A DNA stretch of 32,000 bases. Source: Geobacter metallireducens GS-15. GTDB taxonomy: Bacteria > Desulfobacterota > Desulfuromonadia > Geobacterales > Geobacteraceae. How positions within the stretch are numbered: position 1 is the stretch's first letter; each line of letters starts with the position of its first letter. The notes under the pieces were generated by a model. It saw nothing but the letters and a program-made list of their open reading frames with translations, ran no database searches and was not told where the DNA came from. Positions 1 to 10,709 of this stretch are shown in pieces. The position numbers were made by a program, and so were the translations under genes. The DNA is taken from assembly GCF_000012925.1 (NCBI RefSeq), contig NC_007517.1, positions 3,690,001 through 3,722,000 on the forward strand, in the 5' to 3' direction.

Positions 1-63
1 TCAGTTTACGGTATAAACACGATGTTGTGTTTGTCTAAACAGGAGCATTTACAATTCAATAAC

Positions 64-139
64 GGGGATGTAGCTCAGCTGGGAGAGCGATGCGTTCGCA
101 ACGCATAGGTCGACGGTTCGATCCCGTTCATCTCCACCA
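64..139 (+). tRNA. tRNA-Ala (anticodon CGC)
   Basis: 76-nt cloverleaf read by eye. Acceptor stem GGGGATG/CATCTCC includes the G3:U70 alanine identity pair. D stem GCTC/GAGC. Anticodon stem ATGCG/CGCAT with loop TTCGCAA (anticodon CGC). T arm GACGG-TTCGATC-CCGTT. Discriminator A and encoded CCA. Confidence 0.97.
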
Positions 140-148
140 ATAATAACA

Positions 149-186
149 AGGGCTTACAGCTAATGCTGTAGGCCCTTTGTTCTTTT
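149..186 (+). terminator. Rho-independent terminator downstream of tRNA-Ala
   Basis: 13-bp stem (149-160 pairs with 165-176, one G-U pair), 4-nt loop TAAT, followed by the T-rich run TTTGTTCTTTT. Confidence 0.7.
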
Positions 187-306
187 CTGGCAACAACTGT
201 TGCCGCTTCGTTGCCTTCTGTGACGTAGATAAGGAAGGAATAGGATGAAATAAAATGGATGGCAACCCAGAAAAAAACAAAAGCCTCGTGTCTGGCCGGC
301 ACGGGG

Positions 307-330
307 CTTTTAACAGGCCGTTGTAAAACT
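307..330. repeat. Left terminal inverted repeat of the IS5-family element
   Basis: CTTTTAACAGGCCGTTGTAAAACT matches the reverse complement of 3619-3642 (CCTTTAACAGGTTGTTGAAAAACT) at 20/24 positions. Confidence 0.7.
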
Positions 331-482
331 CCTTCATTTCCAGGGCAATCCCCTTCAAGGAGATCATTTTAGGCCGATAGTTGCATTGATCTCGCCCTAT
401 TCGTTCTTTGAAACTTTGCTTTTTACCTTGATTTGGCCTTTTCGGGCGGGCTTTGCGACCAAGAGTCGCATTATTCCCCTGA

Positions 483-556
483 TTATGCCGTTTTCGTCCC
501 GAGATTGCGCAGCCGGACCAGATTGTATGCCGCAATGGCCATGGTGAAGTACCAGT
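483..556 (-). pseudogene. IS5-family transposase, displaced C-terminal fragment
   Basis: The minus-strand frame reads W-YFTMAIAAYNLVRLRNLGTKTA-stop. It continues in frame from ...RGIAKVDW at 2533 once the IS21-family element and one copy of the CCAGT duplication are removed. Confidence 0.85.
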
Positions 557-620
557 TGTCAACGGCAATCGAAAATTGACCCACTTTACCGGTTGATCGG
601 CAATTGAAAAATGACCCACC
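557..620. repeat. IS21-family left end: terminal inverted repeat plus internal repeat copy
   Basis: Outer copy TGTCAACGGCAATCGAAAATTGACCCAC (557-584). Inner copy CAATTGAAAAATGACCCACC (601-620). Multiple terminal repeats are typical of IS21-family ends. Confidence 0.8.
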
Positions 621-628
621 TTCCTGGG

Positions 629-2463
<1,835 letters not shown>

Positions 2464-2480
2464 CTAGGTTATCAGGAAGA

Positions 2481-2532
2481 GTGGGTCAATTTTCAATTTC
2501 CGAGGTGGGTCATTTTTACATTGCCGCTAACA
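2481..2532. repeat. IS21-family right end: internal repeat copy plus terminal inverted repeat
   Basis: Inner copy GTGGGTCAATTTTCAATTTCC (2481-2501). Outer copy GTGGGTCATTTTTACATTGCCGCTAACA (2505-2532), which is the reverse complement partner of 557-584. Confidence 0.8.
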
Positions 2533-3540
2533 CCAGTCGACTTTCGCTATTCCCCGATGCCGGGTCTTGCGGAGATTGCCGACAGTCTTGAGCCAGCCGA
2601 AGGCCTCTTCGATCCGCTTGCGAATCCTCAGGCTGGTTTTGTAGCCTTCGTGGCGGGTAGTCCTGCCATCGATGGCTGAGCGGCGGTTAGCGGTGTTCTG
2701 AGCAATGTGAGGGGTTACCTTGAGTGCTCGCAGATCTTTGACGCACTCTTTGGTGTCGTAGCCCTTGTCGCCGCCCATGGTGATCCGCTTGTTACCGGCG
2801 ACGTCTGCGATCATCTCGACTGCGGTATCCCGCTCAGCGGTACCGGTTGCGTGGGTGATTCTGGCATCGACGATGATCCCGTTGCGGTTCTCCATGAGAG
2901 CGTGCCCGTGGTAACTGAGCTTCGCCTCTTTGCCCGAGCTTCTCCTGGCAATCCGCGCATCCGGATCGGTGGTGGAGGCATGGGTGTCGTTTTTGAGCTT
3001 TTCGCCGTGGAAATCACGCTCCGTGTTACGACCCACTGGAGGCTTTGGTCCATCCTTGGGCCGAAAGCTCTTGATAGAAGCCCACGCCTCGATGAGGGTG
3101 CCGTCAACGCTGAAGTGCTCGTCGGACAACAGCTTTGCCCTTCGGGCCTGCTCAACTACTTTTGCCAAGAGCAGCCGTGCCACGTCGGTATCGATCAACC
3201 GCTCCAGGTTGGTGGAAAACGAGGAGTGGTCCCAGACCTTCTCGTCCAGGGCCAATCCCACAAACCAGCGGAACAGGATGCTGTAGCTGATCTGCTCCAC
3301 CAGCAGACGGTTACTCCTGATGGTGTACAGCGCCTGAAGCAGAAGTGCTTTAAGCAACTGCTCAGGAGGAATCGAGGGCCGGCCGGTGTGGGAGTACATG
3401 GCCTCGAATTGCGGGCTGAGCTCTGCAAGGGCCTTATCCACCATCGCCCTGATCGACCGCAAGGGGTGGTCCTTCGGGACGTACGACTCAGGGGAGAGAT
3501 AACAGAACAGAGCTTCGGTTTTTGTCTCGGCGCCGCGCAT
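2533..3540 (-). pseudogene. IS5-family DDE transposase, N-terminal 336 codons (truncated by the IS21-family insertion)
   Basis: InsH-like N-terminus (GRPSIPPEQLLKALLLQALYTIRSNRLLVEQISYSILFRWFVGL). DDE segments VDGTLIEA, GDKGYD and RIEEAFGW. The tracked ORF ends C-stop using bases that belong to the IS21-family terminus. Confidence 0.88.
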
Positions 3541-3618
3541 AACTTTTCTCCTGTAAATTCAGATTGTTACGCGTAAAAATATAGCACAGTTCGCTAACCT
3601 ATTGAATCAAAAAGGTTT

Positions 3619-3642
3619 AGTTTTTCAACAACCTGTTAAAGG
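3619..3642. repeat. Right terminal inverted repeat of the IS5-family element
   Basis: Reverse complement partner of 307-330 (20/24 identical). Confidence 0.7.
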
Positions 3643-4108
3643 TTGCTGACTCCACAGGATTTTCAACAATGAGCTTTTCCATTATTGAATCGCTAATGAA
3701 TATATATAAAGCCGTTTTAAATGCAATTGACATGCACGTAAAATGTATGTAAGTTCCGCCCAAATGTTAATGTATGTCCGTTACCGCCAACACACCAAGT
3801 CACAGCGCCGCATTACATAAGCAGCCGTGAAACGTAAACTTAAAACCAAGCAACACTTACCAGTAGATGCAACCGTATCTTGGTCGCGAGAAACCCTAAT
3901 GGCTGGAACTGAAACGGAAGGAAAGGTATTTCTGCCTGCTTGGCGGAGCAACAAGATCTGATCATCTGCGTGGTTAATTGGGGCTTTCTATTCATCCTTT
4001 CCTAGTTCATGGCGGCTTTATTTGTGACATCATCTGCAACCGGGAAGTCGACAACAAATTCGGCCACTCGACCGACGAACTTGTCAAGGAATTCCAGCAG
4101 GGAGAAGA

Positions 4109-4927
4109 ATGACAATGGCAATGCCACAACTGACCGATGCGACCCTTGAACTTTCAGAGCGAGTGGCGCTCCTTACTTTTTGCCGTAACGACGTGCGCAA
4201 CGCCCTGACGGGAACCACCCTGGTGGATGACATCCTAGCGACCCTCGATTGGGCCAACCGGACACCGGAGGTATCGGTGCTGGTAATGACCGGCGAGGGA
4301 GCAGCATTTTCTAGCGGTGGCAACGTGAAGGAGATGAGGGACCGGCAGGGAATCTTCAGCGGCTCTTCCATGACCATCCAGGATCAATACCGTCGCGGGA
4401 TCCAGCGGATTCCTCTGGCCATGGAACGGGCAGAGATTCCCCTTATTGCGTCGGTGAACGGCCCCGCCATTGGCGCAGGATTCGATCTCGCCTGCATGTG
4501 CGACATTCGCATCGGCTCATCGGAAGCAGTTGTCGGTGAGACCTTCATCAATCTAGGTATCATCCCCGGCGACGGGGGGGCTTGGTTCCTCCAACGGCTT
4601 GTGGGGTATCAGCGGGCAGCTGAACTTACCTTTACAGGGCGTCTAGTGGATGCCACAGAAGCGCTGAAGCTTGGGATATTTCTGGAGGTGACCGAACCGA
4701 CCCAGCTCATACCACGGTCTCATGAGCTGGCGAGCCGCATCGCCAGCAAATCCCCCCATGCCGTACGCATGACCAAGCGGCTTATGAAACATGCCCAGCG
4801 GGGAGATCTGGCCGATTTCCTCGATCTGTGCGCCTGTTTCCAAGGGATGGCGCACCATACCGACGATCACCGAGAGGCCATCAATGCCTTCCTCGAAAAA
4901 AGGGCTCCCGTCTATGCAGGCAGGTGA
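4109..4927 (+). CDS. Enoyl-CoA hydratase/isomerase (crotonase) family protein, substrate unknown
   Basis: 272 aa. Crotonase signatures [10 protein letters not shown] and [20 protein letters not shown], then [24 protein letters not shown] ribosome-binding site lies upstream. Confidence 0.9.
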   Translation: MTMAMPQLTDATLELSERVALLTFCRNDVRNALTGTTLVDDILATLDWANRTPEVSVLVMTGEGAAFSSGGNVKEMRDRQGIFSGSSMTIQDQYRRGIQRIPLAMERAEIPLIASVNGPAIGAGFDLACMCDIRIGSSEAVVGETFINLGIIPGDGGAWFLQRLVGYQRAAELTFTGRLVDATEALKLGIFLEVTEPTQLIPRSHELASRIASKSPHAVRMTKRLMKHAQRGDLADFLDLCACFQGMAHHTDDHREAINAFLEKRAPVYAGR

Positions 4928-4952
4928 ACCTCGAAACGGAAAACAGGTTGTC

Positions 4953-6743
4953 ATGGATCAAGAGGAAATAATGGAGAGAAACGGCGCTTCTGAAAATATG
5001 CACAAAAAGGCCGGGGAGGCTGGAATTATCCGACTTGACGCCGAACTGGGGATCGTCTCCCTGGACGAAACCTCCGGAAGCCTGATCGGAAGCCCTCCCG
5101 AATCTCTTCTGGGACGGAGAATCGACGGGATAGTCGACTTGGCGAACCTGGGCAAACTGATGCACAACGGCATCAGCTTCAGCAATCAGGTCATCGTTGC
5201 CGGTGACCGGCGTCTCGCCTGCGATTACGTCCCCATCGTGGAGGATGACAGGATTGTCGGCGGAGTATTGACGGTACTCGGCGTACTCCCCAAGGAGACC
5301 GACGGCTCTTCGGACGACCTCAAGGAACTTCTTCGCTCTGCCGGCGCTTTCATGGACCTCGACTATCACGGCATCATCATCCTCGACCGCAACGGCACGG
5401 TCGTAATGGTAAACCAGTCCTTTGCCGAGGTGCTCGACGCCACCCCGCAGACCATGATCGGCAAGCATGTCCATCAGGCTTATCATAATTCACAACCCTC
5501 CCGGATGCCGGTCGTGATGGAAACCGGCAAACCGGAGATCAGCTCCCACTACATGAACGGCAAAGAGGTCTTTGCCAGCCGCTACCCTCTTATCAAGCAG
5601 GGGAAAGTGATCGGTTGCGTGGGAAAGATTCTTTTCAAGGATGTCCGCGAGATCTCACTCCTCGCGAATCGGCTGCAGAGTGCCCGAGAGAAAAAAACTC
5701 CCGCGAGAGCAATTGCGGAAAAAGGTTCCCTTTTCAAATACGACATTGACAGCATTGTGGGGCAGAGCGCCAAAATCGCCGAACTGAAGGAGACCCTTCT
5801 CAGGGTAGCCCCCAAGAACTCCAACGTTCTCTTGAGGGGAGAGAGCGGGACGGGGAAGGAACTCTGCGCCCATGCCATCCACGCTGCCAGCACACGACGC
5901 TACGCCCCCTTCGTCAAGGTGAACTGCGCCGCCATCCCTGACCACCTCCTGGAATCGGAACTCTTCGGTTACGCGGACGGGGCCTTTACCGGGGCCAAAA
6001 AAGGAGGGCAGGTCGGCAAGTTCGAGCTGGCCGACACCGGCACCATCTTTCTTGACGAGATCGGTGACATGCCCCTTGCCATGCAGGCAAAACTTCTCCG
6101 AGTTCTTCAAGAGCGGGAACTGGTCCCCTTGGGAAGCACCGTCCCAAAGGTAGTTGATGTGCGAGTCGTGGCGGCAACCAACAGCAACCTCGAACAGTTG
6201 GTCAGCGAAGGGAAATTCAGGGAGGACCTCTATTATCGGCTTAATGTGGTCGCCCTTACCATTCCTGCGCTGAAGGACAGAATGGAAGACATCTACATCA
6301 TCACGAAAAATTTCATTGATCATTTCAACGCTGAATTCGGCCTCTCCGTCCAGGGAATCGACAGTGAAGCGTGGGAGGTCCTCAAGCACCACAACTGGCC
6401 CGGCAATATCCGCGAGCTTCGCAACGTGCTCGAAAGCGCCTTCAATGCAGTAAGCGGCCCTCTCATCACCAAAGAAAACCTCCCAATCCGTCTCGCCCAA
6501 CTCTGCCCACATTCCACGCTGCCCCATGAGTTTGCGCCTGGAGAGGATCTGGAAAGTTACATTCGACAGCACCTGGGAAAGAAAAACATTAGTGATATGA
6601 TGGACGACCTTGAACGGGTAATCCTGGAAAAAGCCCTTGAAATCTGCAACGGCAACAAGCTCCACGCCGCTCAACTCCTCGGCATATCCCGCCCAGGTCT
6701 CTACAAAAAGCTCCAGAAGTACCCCTCACTGGAAAAAACATAA
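4953..6743 (+). CDS. Sigma-54-dependent transcriptional activator with PAS-like N-terminal sensor modules and a Fis-type HTH
   Basis: Walker A GESGTGKE, sigma-54 contact motif GAFTGA, and C-terminal [23 protein letters not shown]. An alternative start at 4971 has the better ribosome-binding site (GAGGAAATAATG). The tracked ORF start at 4791 overlaps the preceding gene and is rejected. Confidence 0.93.
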   Translation: MDQEEIMERNGASENMHKKAGEAGIIRLDAELGIVSLDETSGSLIGSPPESLLGRRIDGIVDLANLGKLMHNGISFSNQVIVAGDRRLACDYVPIVEDDRIVGGVLTVLGVLPKETDGSSDDLKELLRSAGAFMDLDYHGIIILDRNGTVVMVNQSFAEVLDATPQTMIGKHVHQAYHNSQPSRMPVVMETGKPEISSHYMNGKEVFASRYPLIKQGKVIGCVGKILFKDVREISLLANRLQSAREKKTPARAIAEKGSLFKYDIDSIVGQSAKIAELKETLLRVAPKNSNVLLRGESGTGKELCAHAIHAASTRRYAPFVKVNCAAIPDHLLESELFGYADGAFTGAKKGGQVGKFELADTGTIFLDEIGDMPLAMQAKLLRVLQERELVPLGSTVPKVVDVRVVAATNSNLEQLVSEGKFREDLYYRLNVVALTIPALKDRMEDIYIITKNFIDHFNAEFGLSVQGIDSEAWEVLKHHNWPGNIRELRNVLESAFNAVSGPLITKENLPIRLAQLCPHSTLPHEFAPGEDLESYIRQHLGKKNISDMMDDLERVILEKALEICNGNKLHAAQLLGISRPGLYKKLQKYPSLEKT

Positions 6744-7115
6744 GACGTATATGAGTATACCGTCGCCGAATTGCCATTCAATGGCCATACAATAACGTTC
6801 TATTCATTTCACACATCCGAAGCCCTACATTTCAAACCTTTTCAAACGACAGACAGGCTTTCAGATTGACCAAGGCTTTAATCAACACTGTAAACTAAAG
6901 CATCATGTGTATCTAGCTGTAAACTACGTCTAACTATCTATACTTACACGGCTTACGGCACACACCCCCCTTTTGGCAGCCTCCACTGCTTACCTTTGTT
7001 TACACAGCCTCACCCCTCCGGTTACCGCCCCCCTGCCAGGAGTCAGCCTGATTTTTTCATTAATTTCAGGCGACTACCCACAAAACGCACGACAAGCCAA
7101 ACTAAAAACGATGTT

Positions 7116-7131
7116 TGGTATTTGAATTGCT
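7116..7131 (+). promoter_or_regulatory. Candidate sigma-54 (-24/-12) promoter
   Basis: TGGTATTTGAATTGCT fits TGGCAC-N5-TTGCW with correct GG-N10-GC spacing. It lies 60 nt upstream of the IclR-family gene start. Confidence 0.6.
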
Positions 7132-7190
7132 TTGTTTTAACGTCAACGGAATGAGCTTCATTCTCCCCACAATGATGCCGAGGCGAATAC

Positions 7191-7946
7191 ATGAAACAGG
7201 ATCTCTCACTTCACCAGACAGGATCAGTGGAACACGTCATCGCACTGCTGGAAACACTGACCGAAGACACTCCGATCCACTCTGTGGCCACCATCTCGTC
7301 GCGGCTCGGCATTAGCCGCAATAAGGCGTTTCGCCTCCTCGCTACCCTTGAGTCCCGAGAACTCGTGGAAAAGGACAAGCATGGCTCATACCGCCTCGGC
7401 ACCGCGGCTGCGGACCTGGCTCGACGTCTTTTGGACAACGTGAACATAATCGGCCACGCACGGCCGGTGCTGAATGAACTGGCGAGAAGACACGGAGAGG
7501 CGGTCTACCTGTCGGTCCTGAAGGACGACGACGTGATATTTCTCGATGTTGCCGATTGTGCCGGGGTAGAAGGTTCCGGCTCCCTTGTCGGCAAGCGGTT
7601 CCCCTCCCTGGCCACCAGCGCCGGCAAGGCAATCCGGTCGCTCCAATCACGGGATCTGCTGGAAAAACTCCTGGGAGGGAAGCGCGGGCGTCAGCGCTCC
7701 GTGGATCTGGAGGCGATCATCGGTGAACTTGAAGTCATCAGAAAACACGGTGTTGCCATTGACGAGGGGGGGGGAACCAGCAGCGCGGCAACGGCGGTAC
7801 GAGACTATACCGGAAAAATTGTTTGCGCCCTGACGGTGCTCGGCCCGTCGGTCAGAATGCTTAGGGACCGCATCGAGAAGGAAATTGCACCGTCCCTCAT
7901 GGAGGGTGCTGAGGTGCTTTCTCTTAGATTCGGCTATGCGAAGTAA
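7191..7946 (+). CDS. IclR-family transcriptional regulator
   Basis: 251 aa. N-terminal winged HTH (SVATISSRLGISRNKAFRLLATLESRELVEKD) followed by a C-terminal effector-binding domain pattern. Confidence 0.9.
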   Translation: MKQDLSLHQTGSVEHVIALLETLTEDTPIHSVATISSRLGISRNKAFRLLATLESRELVEKDKHGSYRLGTAAADLARRLLDNVNIIGHARPVLNELARRHGEAVYLSVLKDDDVIFLDVADCAGVEGSGSLVGKRFPSLATSAGKAIRSLQSRDLLEKLLGGKRGRQRSVDLEAIIGELEVIRKHGVAIDEGGGTSSAATAVRDYTGKIVCALTVLGPSVRMLRDRIEKEIAPSLMEGAEVLSLRFGYAK

Positions 7947-8031
7947 CGGGAAAGGAGAACGAAACGTTTGTGCGGAACGGATGGGGAATTGAGTCGGCAA
8001 TACCAATACACTTGGAAAAGGAGCGGTGACC

Positions 8032-8340
8032 ATGGCAGCAGATCAGCATAACTGGACCAAAATAGCCAATCATCCCAGATTCGTGGAACTCCACCGGAAA
8101 AAGATGGTTTTTCTCTACGGCTGGTGGGCATTTTCTGCCGGATTCTACTTCCTGCTCCTCCTTGGAGCGGGATACACTCCCGGATTCTTCGGCCTTGAAA
8201 TCATCGGCAACATAAACGTCGGCTACCTCCTGGCCCTTGCCCAGTTCGTCGTAAGCTTCGGCATTGCCATTCACTACGGCAGGGTTGCCGACAGGGACTT
8301 CGACAGGCTCACCCAGGAGCTTGTCAAGCAAATCGGATAG
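8032..8340 (+). CDS. DUF485 (YjcH-like) small inner-membrane protein
   Basis: About 102 aa with two hydrophobic helices, located directly upstream of an ActP-like permease as in yjcH-actP. ATG 8032 has AAGGAG 8 nt upstream; the tracked GTG at 8026 lies too close to the ribosome-binding site. Confidence 0.8.
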   Translation: MAADQHNWTKIANHPRFVELHRKKMVFLYGWWAFSAGFYFLLLLGAGYTPGFFGLEIIGNINVGYLLALAQFVVSFGIAIHYGRVADRDFDRLTQELVKQIG

Positions 8341-8346
8341 GAGGGT

Positions 8347-10317
8347 ATGATGAAACGATTGGCTCCATTTTGTATTGCAGCACTTCTCATGGGGGGCGCA
8401 GCCGTCGCAGCCGAACCAGCCAAGCAAGCGACACCCTCCCAGACCTCCGCCGTTTCCGCGGCGGCCCCGGCGCCAGCCCCTATGGCATCCGCGGCGGCCG
8501 CGACGGCCAAGAGCACTGCCGCCCCCGCAGCCGGCGCGCCCGCCAAGATCAAGACCAACAAGGCCATCACCCTCAGCATGTTTGCCCTCATCGTCCTCGC
8601 CACCCTGGGGGTCGTGGTCTGGGCAGCCAGGAAGACCCAGACCGCTGCCGACTACTACACAGCCGGCGGCGGCATCACCGGCCTGCAGAACGGTTGGGCC
8701 ATCACCGGCGACGTGGTCTCGGCTGCCTCGTTCCTGGGCATGTCGGGACTCATCTCTCTCTACGGGATCGACGGGTTTCTCTACTCCACCGGACCGATCC
8801 TCGGCTTCGTGACCATTCTCCTCCTCATGGCTGAACCGCTCCGCAACGCCGGTAAGTACACCATGGGTGACATCCTCTGCTTCCGGGCCTCCCCGAAGCC
8901 GGTCCGGGCCGCGGCGGCCATCTCCACCGTGGCGGTTTCCACCTTTTATCTCCTGGCCCAGATGGTGGGCGCCGGCAAACTGATGCAGCTCCTGTTGGAC
9001 ATCCCCTACAAGGTGTCGGTCATCGGCGTCGGCACACTCCTCATTATCTATGTGGTGTTCGGCGGCATGAAGGCCACTACCTGGGTACAGATCATTAAAG
9101 CGTCTCTCCTTCTGTCCGCTGCGGTGCTTCTGTCGATATTGGTGGCGGTCAAGGCGGGGATGAACCCCCTGCGCCTCTTTGCAGACGTGGTCAACAGCGG
9201 CGCTGTTCAGGATCATGTCAGGATCGCCGTGCTCAAGCATCCGCTCCCCGAGCCTGGATTCGATTACGGCAGGCGCTTCCTCCAGCCAGGCCTCTTCCTG
9301 AAGAATCCCCTCGACCAGATATCGCTGGGCCTCGCTTGGGTTCTGGGAGCCGCCGGCCTCCCTCATATCATGATGCGCTTCTTCACGGTGCCCAACGCCA
9401 AAGAGGCGCGTAAGTCGATCCGGGTCTCGGTTTTCCTTATGGGTGCCTTTTTCATCATGACTACCTTCCTCGGCTTCGGCGCCGCCATCCACATCACCCC
9501 CCAGAAGGTCGCAGCCATGGACAAAGGTGGCAACATGGCGACCCTCCTGCTTGCCCAGTACCTGGGCGGGGGTGAAGGCTCCATTGGCGGCGACCTATTC
9601 CTCGCCTTCGTCTGTGCGGTGGCCTTCGCCACCATCCTGGCCGTCGTCTCGGGGCTGGTGCTTGCGGCCTCCGCCGCCATTGCCCACGACATCTACGTAA
9701 ACATCGTAAAAAACGGCAAGGCCGACCAGAAGGAACAGGTCCTGACCGCCCGCATCACTTCGCTTGTGGTGGGCACGGCCGCCATCTGGCTGGGAATCGC
9801 CGCCGAAAAGGAGAATATCGTCGCCCTGGTGGCCCTTGCCTTTGCCGTGGCCGCATCGGGTAACTTCCCGGTCATCATCCTCTCGCTCTTCTGGCGCAAG
9901 TTCAACACAGCGGGGATCGTCTCGGGCATTGTGGTCGGCACCATTGCCGCAATTGGCCTCGTGCTGGTCTCTCCCAACATGACCTACCCGAAAAAAATCG
10001 CAGCCGATGCCAAGAATGTGATTGATACCCTGGAGAAAAAGCAGGCGACCGGCGAGATCCTGGCGGAGAAGGATCTGAACGCCCTGAACAAGGCACGAAC
10101 CGACTACACCAAGAACAAGGACGGCAAGTCGATCATGGGGCTGGACAATCCGCTCTTCCCGCTGAAGAACCCCGGCATCGTCTCTGTCCCCCTCGGCTTC
10201 CTGGCCGCCATCATCGGCTGCCTGGCCTTCAGGGATCGCCGTGCCGAAGAGATGTTCGACGAAATCTATGTACGTCAAAATACCGGAATTGGTATTGCCG
10301 AGGCAATAGATCACTAA
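8347..10317 (+). CDS. Solute:sodium symporter family monocarboxylate permease (ActP-like)
   Basis: 656 aa, multi-spanning. Segments conserved with E. coli ActP (compared from memory): DYYTAGGGITGLQNG, YLLAQMVGAGKL, TTWVQIIKA, GLPHIMMRFFTV, FATILAVVSGL. The start could be 8350. Confidence 0.9.
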   Translation: MMKRLAPFCIAALLMGGAAVAAEPAKQATPSQTSAVSAAAPAPAPMASAAAATAKSTAAPAAGAPAKIKTNKAITLSMFALIVLATLGVVVWAARKTQTAADYYTAGGGITGLQNGWAITGDVVSAASFLGMSGLISLYGIDGFLYSTGPILGFVTILLLMAEPLRNAGKYTMGDILCFRASPKPVRAAAAISTVAVSTFYLLAQMVGAGKLMQLLLDIPYKVSVIGVGTLLIIYVVFGGMKATTWVQIIKASLLLSAAVLLSILVAVKAGMNPLRLFADVVNSGAVQDHVRIAVLKHPLPEPGFDYGRRFLQPGLFLKNPLDQISLGLAWVLGAAGLPHIMMRFFTVPNAKEARKSIRVSVFLMGAFFIMTTFLGFGAAIHITPQKVAAMDKGGNMATLLLAQYLGGGEGSIGGDLFLAFVCAVAFATILAVVSGLVLAASAAIAHDIYVNIVKNGKADQKEQVLTARITSLVVGTAAIWLGIAAEKENIVALVALAFAVAASGNFPVIILSLFWRKFNTAGIVSGIVVGTIAAIGLVLVSPNMTYPKKIAADAKNVIDTLEKKQATGEILAEKDLNALNKARTDYTKNKDGKSIMGLDNPLFPLKNPGIVSVPLGFLAAIIGCLAFRDRRAEEMFDEIYVRQNTGIGIAEAIDH

Positions 10318-10376
10318 TTATGTACCAAAATATTTATAATATGTCATAGCCATAACATTCAATTCACATCACACAC

Positions 10377-10414
10377 AAGAGCACACGGATAATTATCTGT
10401 GTGCTCTTCTTTTT
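10377..10414 (+). terminator. Rho-independent terminator after the permease gene
   Basis: 14-bp stem (10377-10390 pairs with 10395-10408, one G-U pair), loop AATT, followed by CTTTTT. Confidence 0.85.
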
Positions 10415-10693
10415 GTCATATTATTTTTCACAATATGCATTGATGTTATTTATTTGTTCCATGCGATGTCTACTTTTGTAGACTCTGTAAATTTCAGTAA
10501 AACCGTTTGTTAACTGCATAATAATTGAAGGTTTTTGGCACAACGGGCAAAACCAGTCAAAACACTGTTTACCTTTATTTACACTGCAACCATTACCACC
10601 AACACCCACCCTCGCTAGCTCACTTTTTATTTATCAAATATTTACAGACTGTTACAAATATAAGCGCTCAAACAATTGCCTACAAACAGTGTT

Positions 10694-10709
10694 TGGCATT
10701 GCCATTGCT
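10694..10709 (+). promoter_or_regulatory. Candidate sigma-54 (-24/-12) promoter of the liu operon
   Basis: TGGCATTGCCATTGCT is a near-consensus match to TGGCAC-N5-TTGCW. It lies 101 nt upstream of the liuA start. An IHF-like site TATCAAATATTTA sits at 10632-10644. Confidence 0.75.

Noticed and set aside
27-55. Possible sigma-70 promoter for the tRNA: TACAAT at 50-55, 8 nt before the mature 5-prime end.
   Set aside because: The -10 hexamer is good, but no acceptable -35 lies at 16-18 nt spacing (TTGTGT sits at 19 nt). This is too weak to report as a feature.
189-204. 16-bp palindrome GGCAACAACTGTTGCC downstream of the tRNA terminator. It partly resembles the CAACAACCTGTT core of the IS5-family inverted repeat and was considered as an att site or a solo IS end.
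   Set aside because: The match to the inverted repeat covers only about 11 nt with an indel. There is no integrase gene, second copy or tRNA-end repeat in the window to support an att site.
128-619. 163-aa minus-strand ORF (and 75-302) spanning the tRNA, the IS5-family end and the IS21-family terminus.
   Set aside because: It crosses three unrelated features, including a tRNA gene and two IS boundaries. The true coding frame in 483-556 is a different one, the transposase C-terminus.
6974-6990. Sigma-54-like sequence TGGCAGCCTCCACTGCT. A second one, TGGCACAACGGGCAAA, lies at 10536-10551.
   Set aside because: The GG-to-GC spacing is wrong: 11 nt in the first and 8 nt in the second, instead of 10. 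Better-spaced sites exist downstream in both regions.
7766-7774. G9 homopolymer inside the IclR-family gene, as a possible slipped-strand phase-variation tract. Other tracts are G8 at 15711-15718, a C-run near 12680 and A8 near 23703.
   Set aside because: All are in frame in intact genes. Similar runs occur in several ordinary catabolic genes of this GC-rich window, so the G9 is not clearly exceptional. Nothing here indicates an ON/OFF switch.
10538-10590. GCACAACGGGCAAAACC followed by a small CAGT/ACTG hairpin, reminiscent of the 5-prime half of a GEMM-I (cyclic dinucleotide) riboswitch. These are common in Geobacter.
   Set aside because: The second conserved half (an ACGCAAAGCC-like segment and the P2 helix) is absent. 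The region lies upstream of the predicted promoter rather than in a leader.
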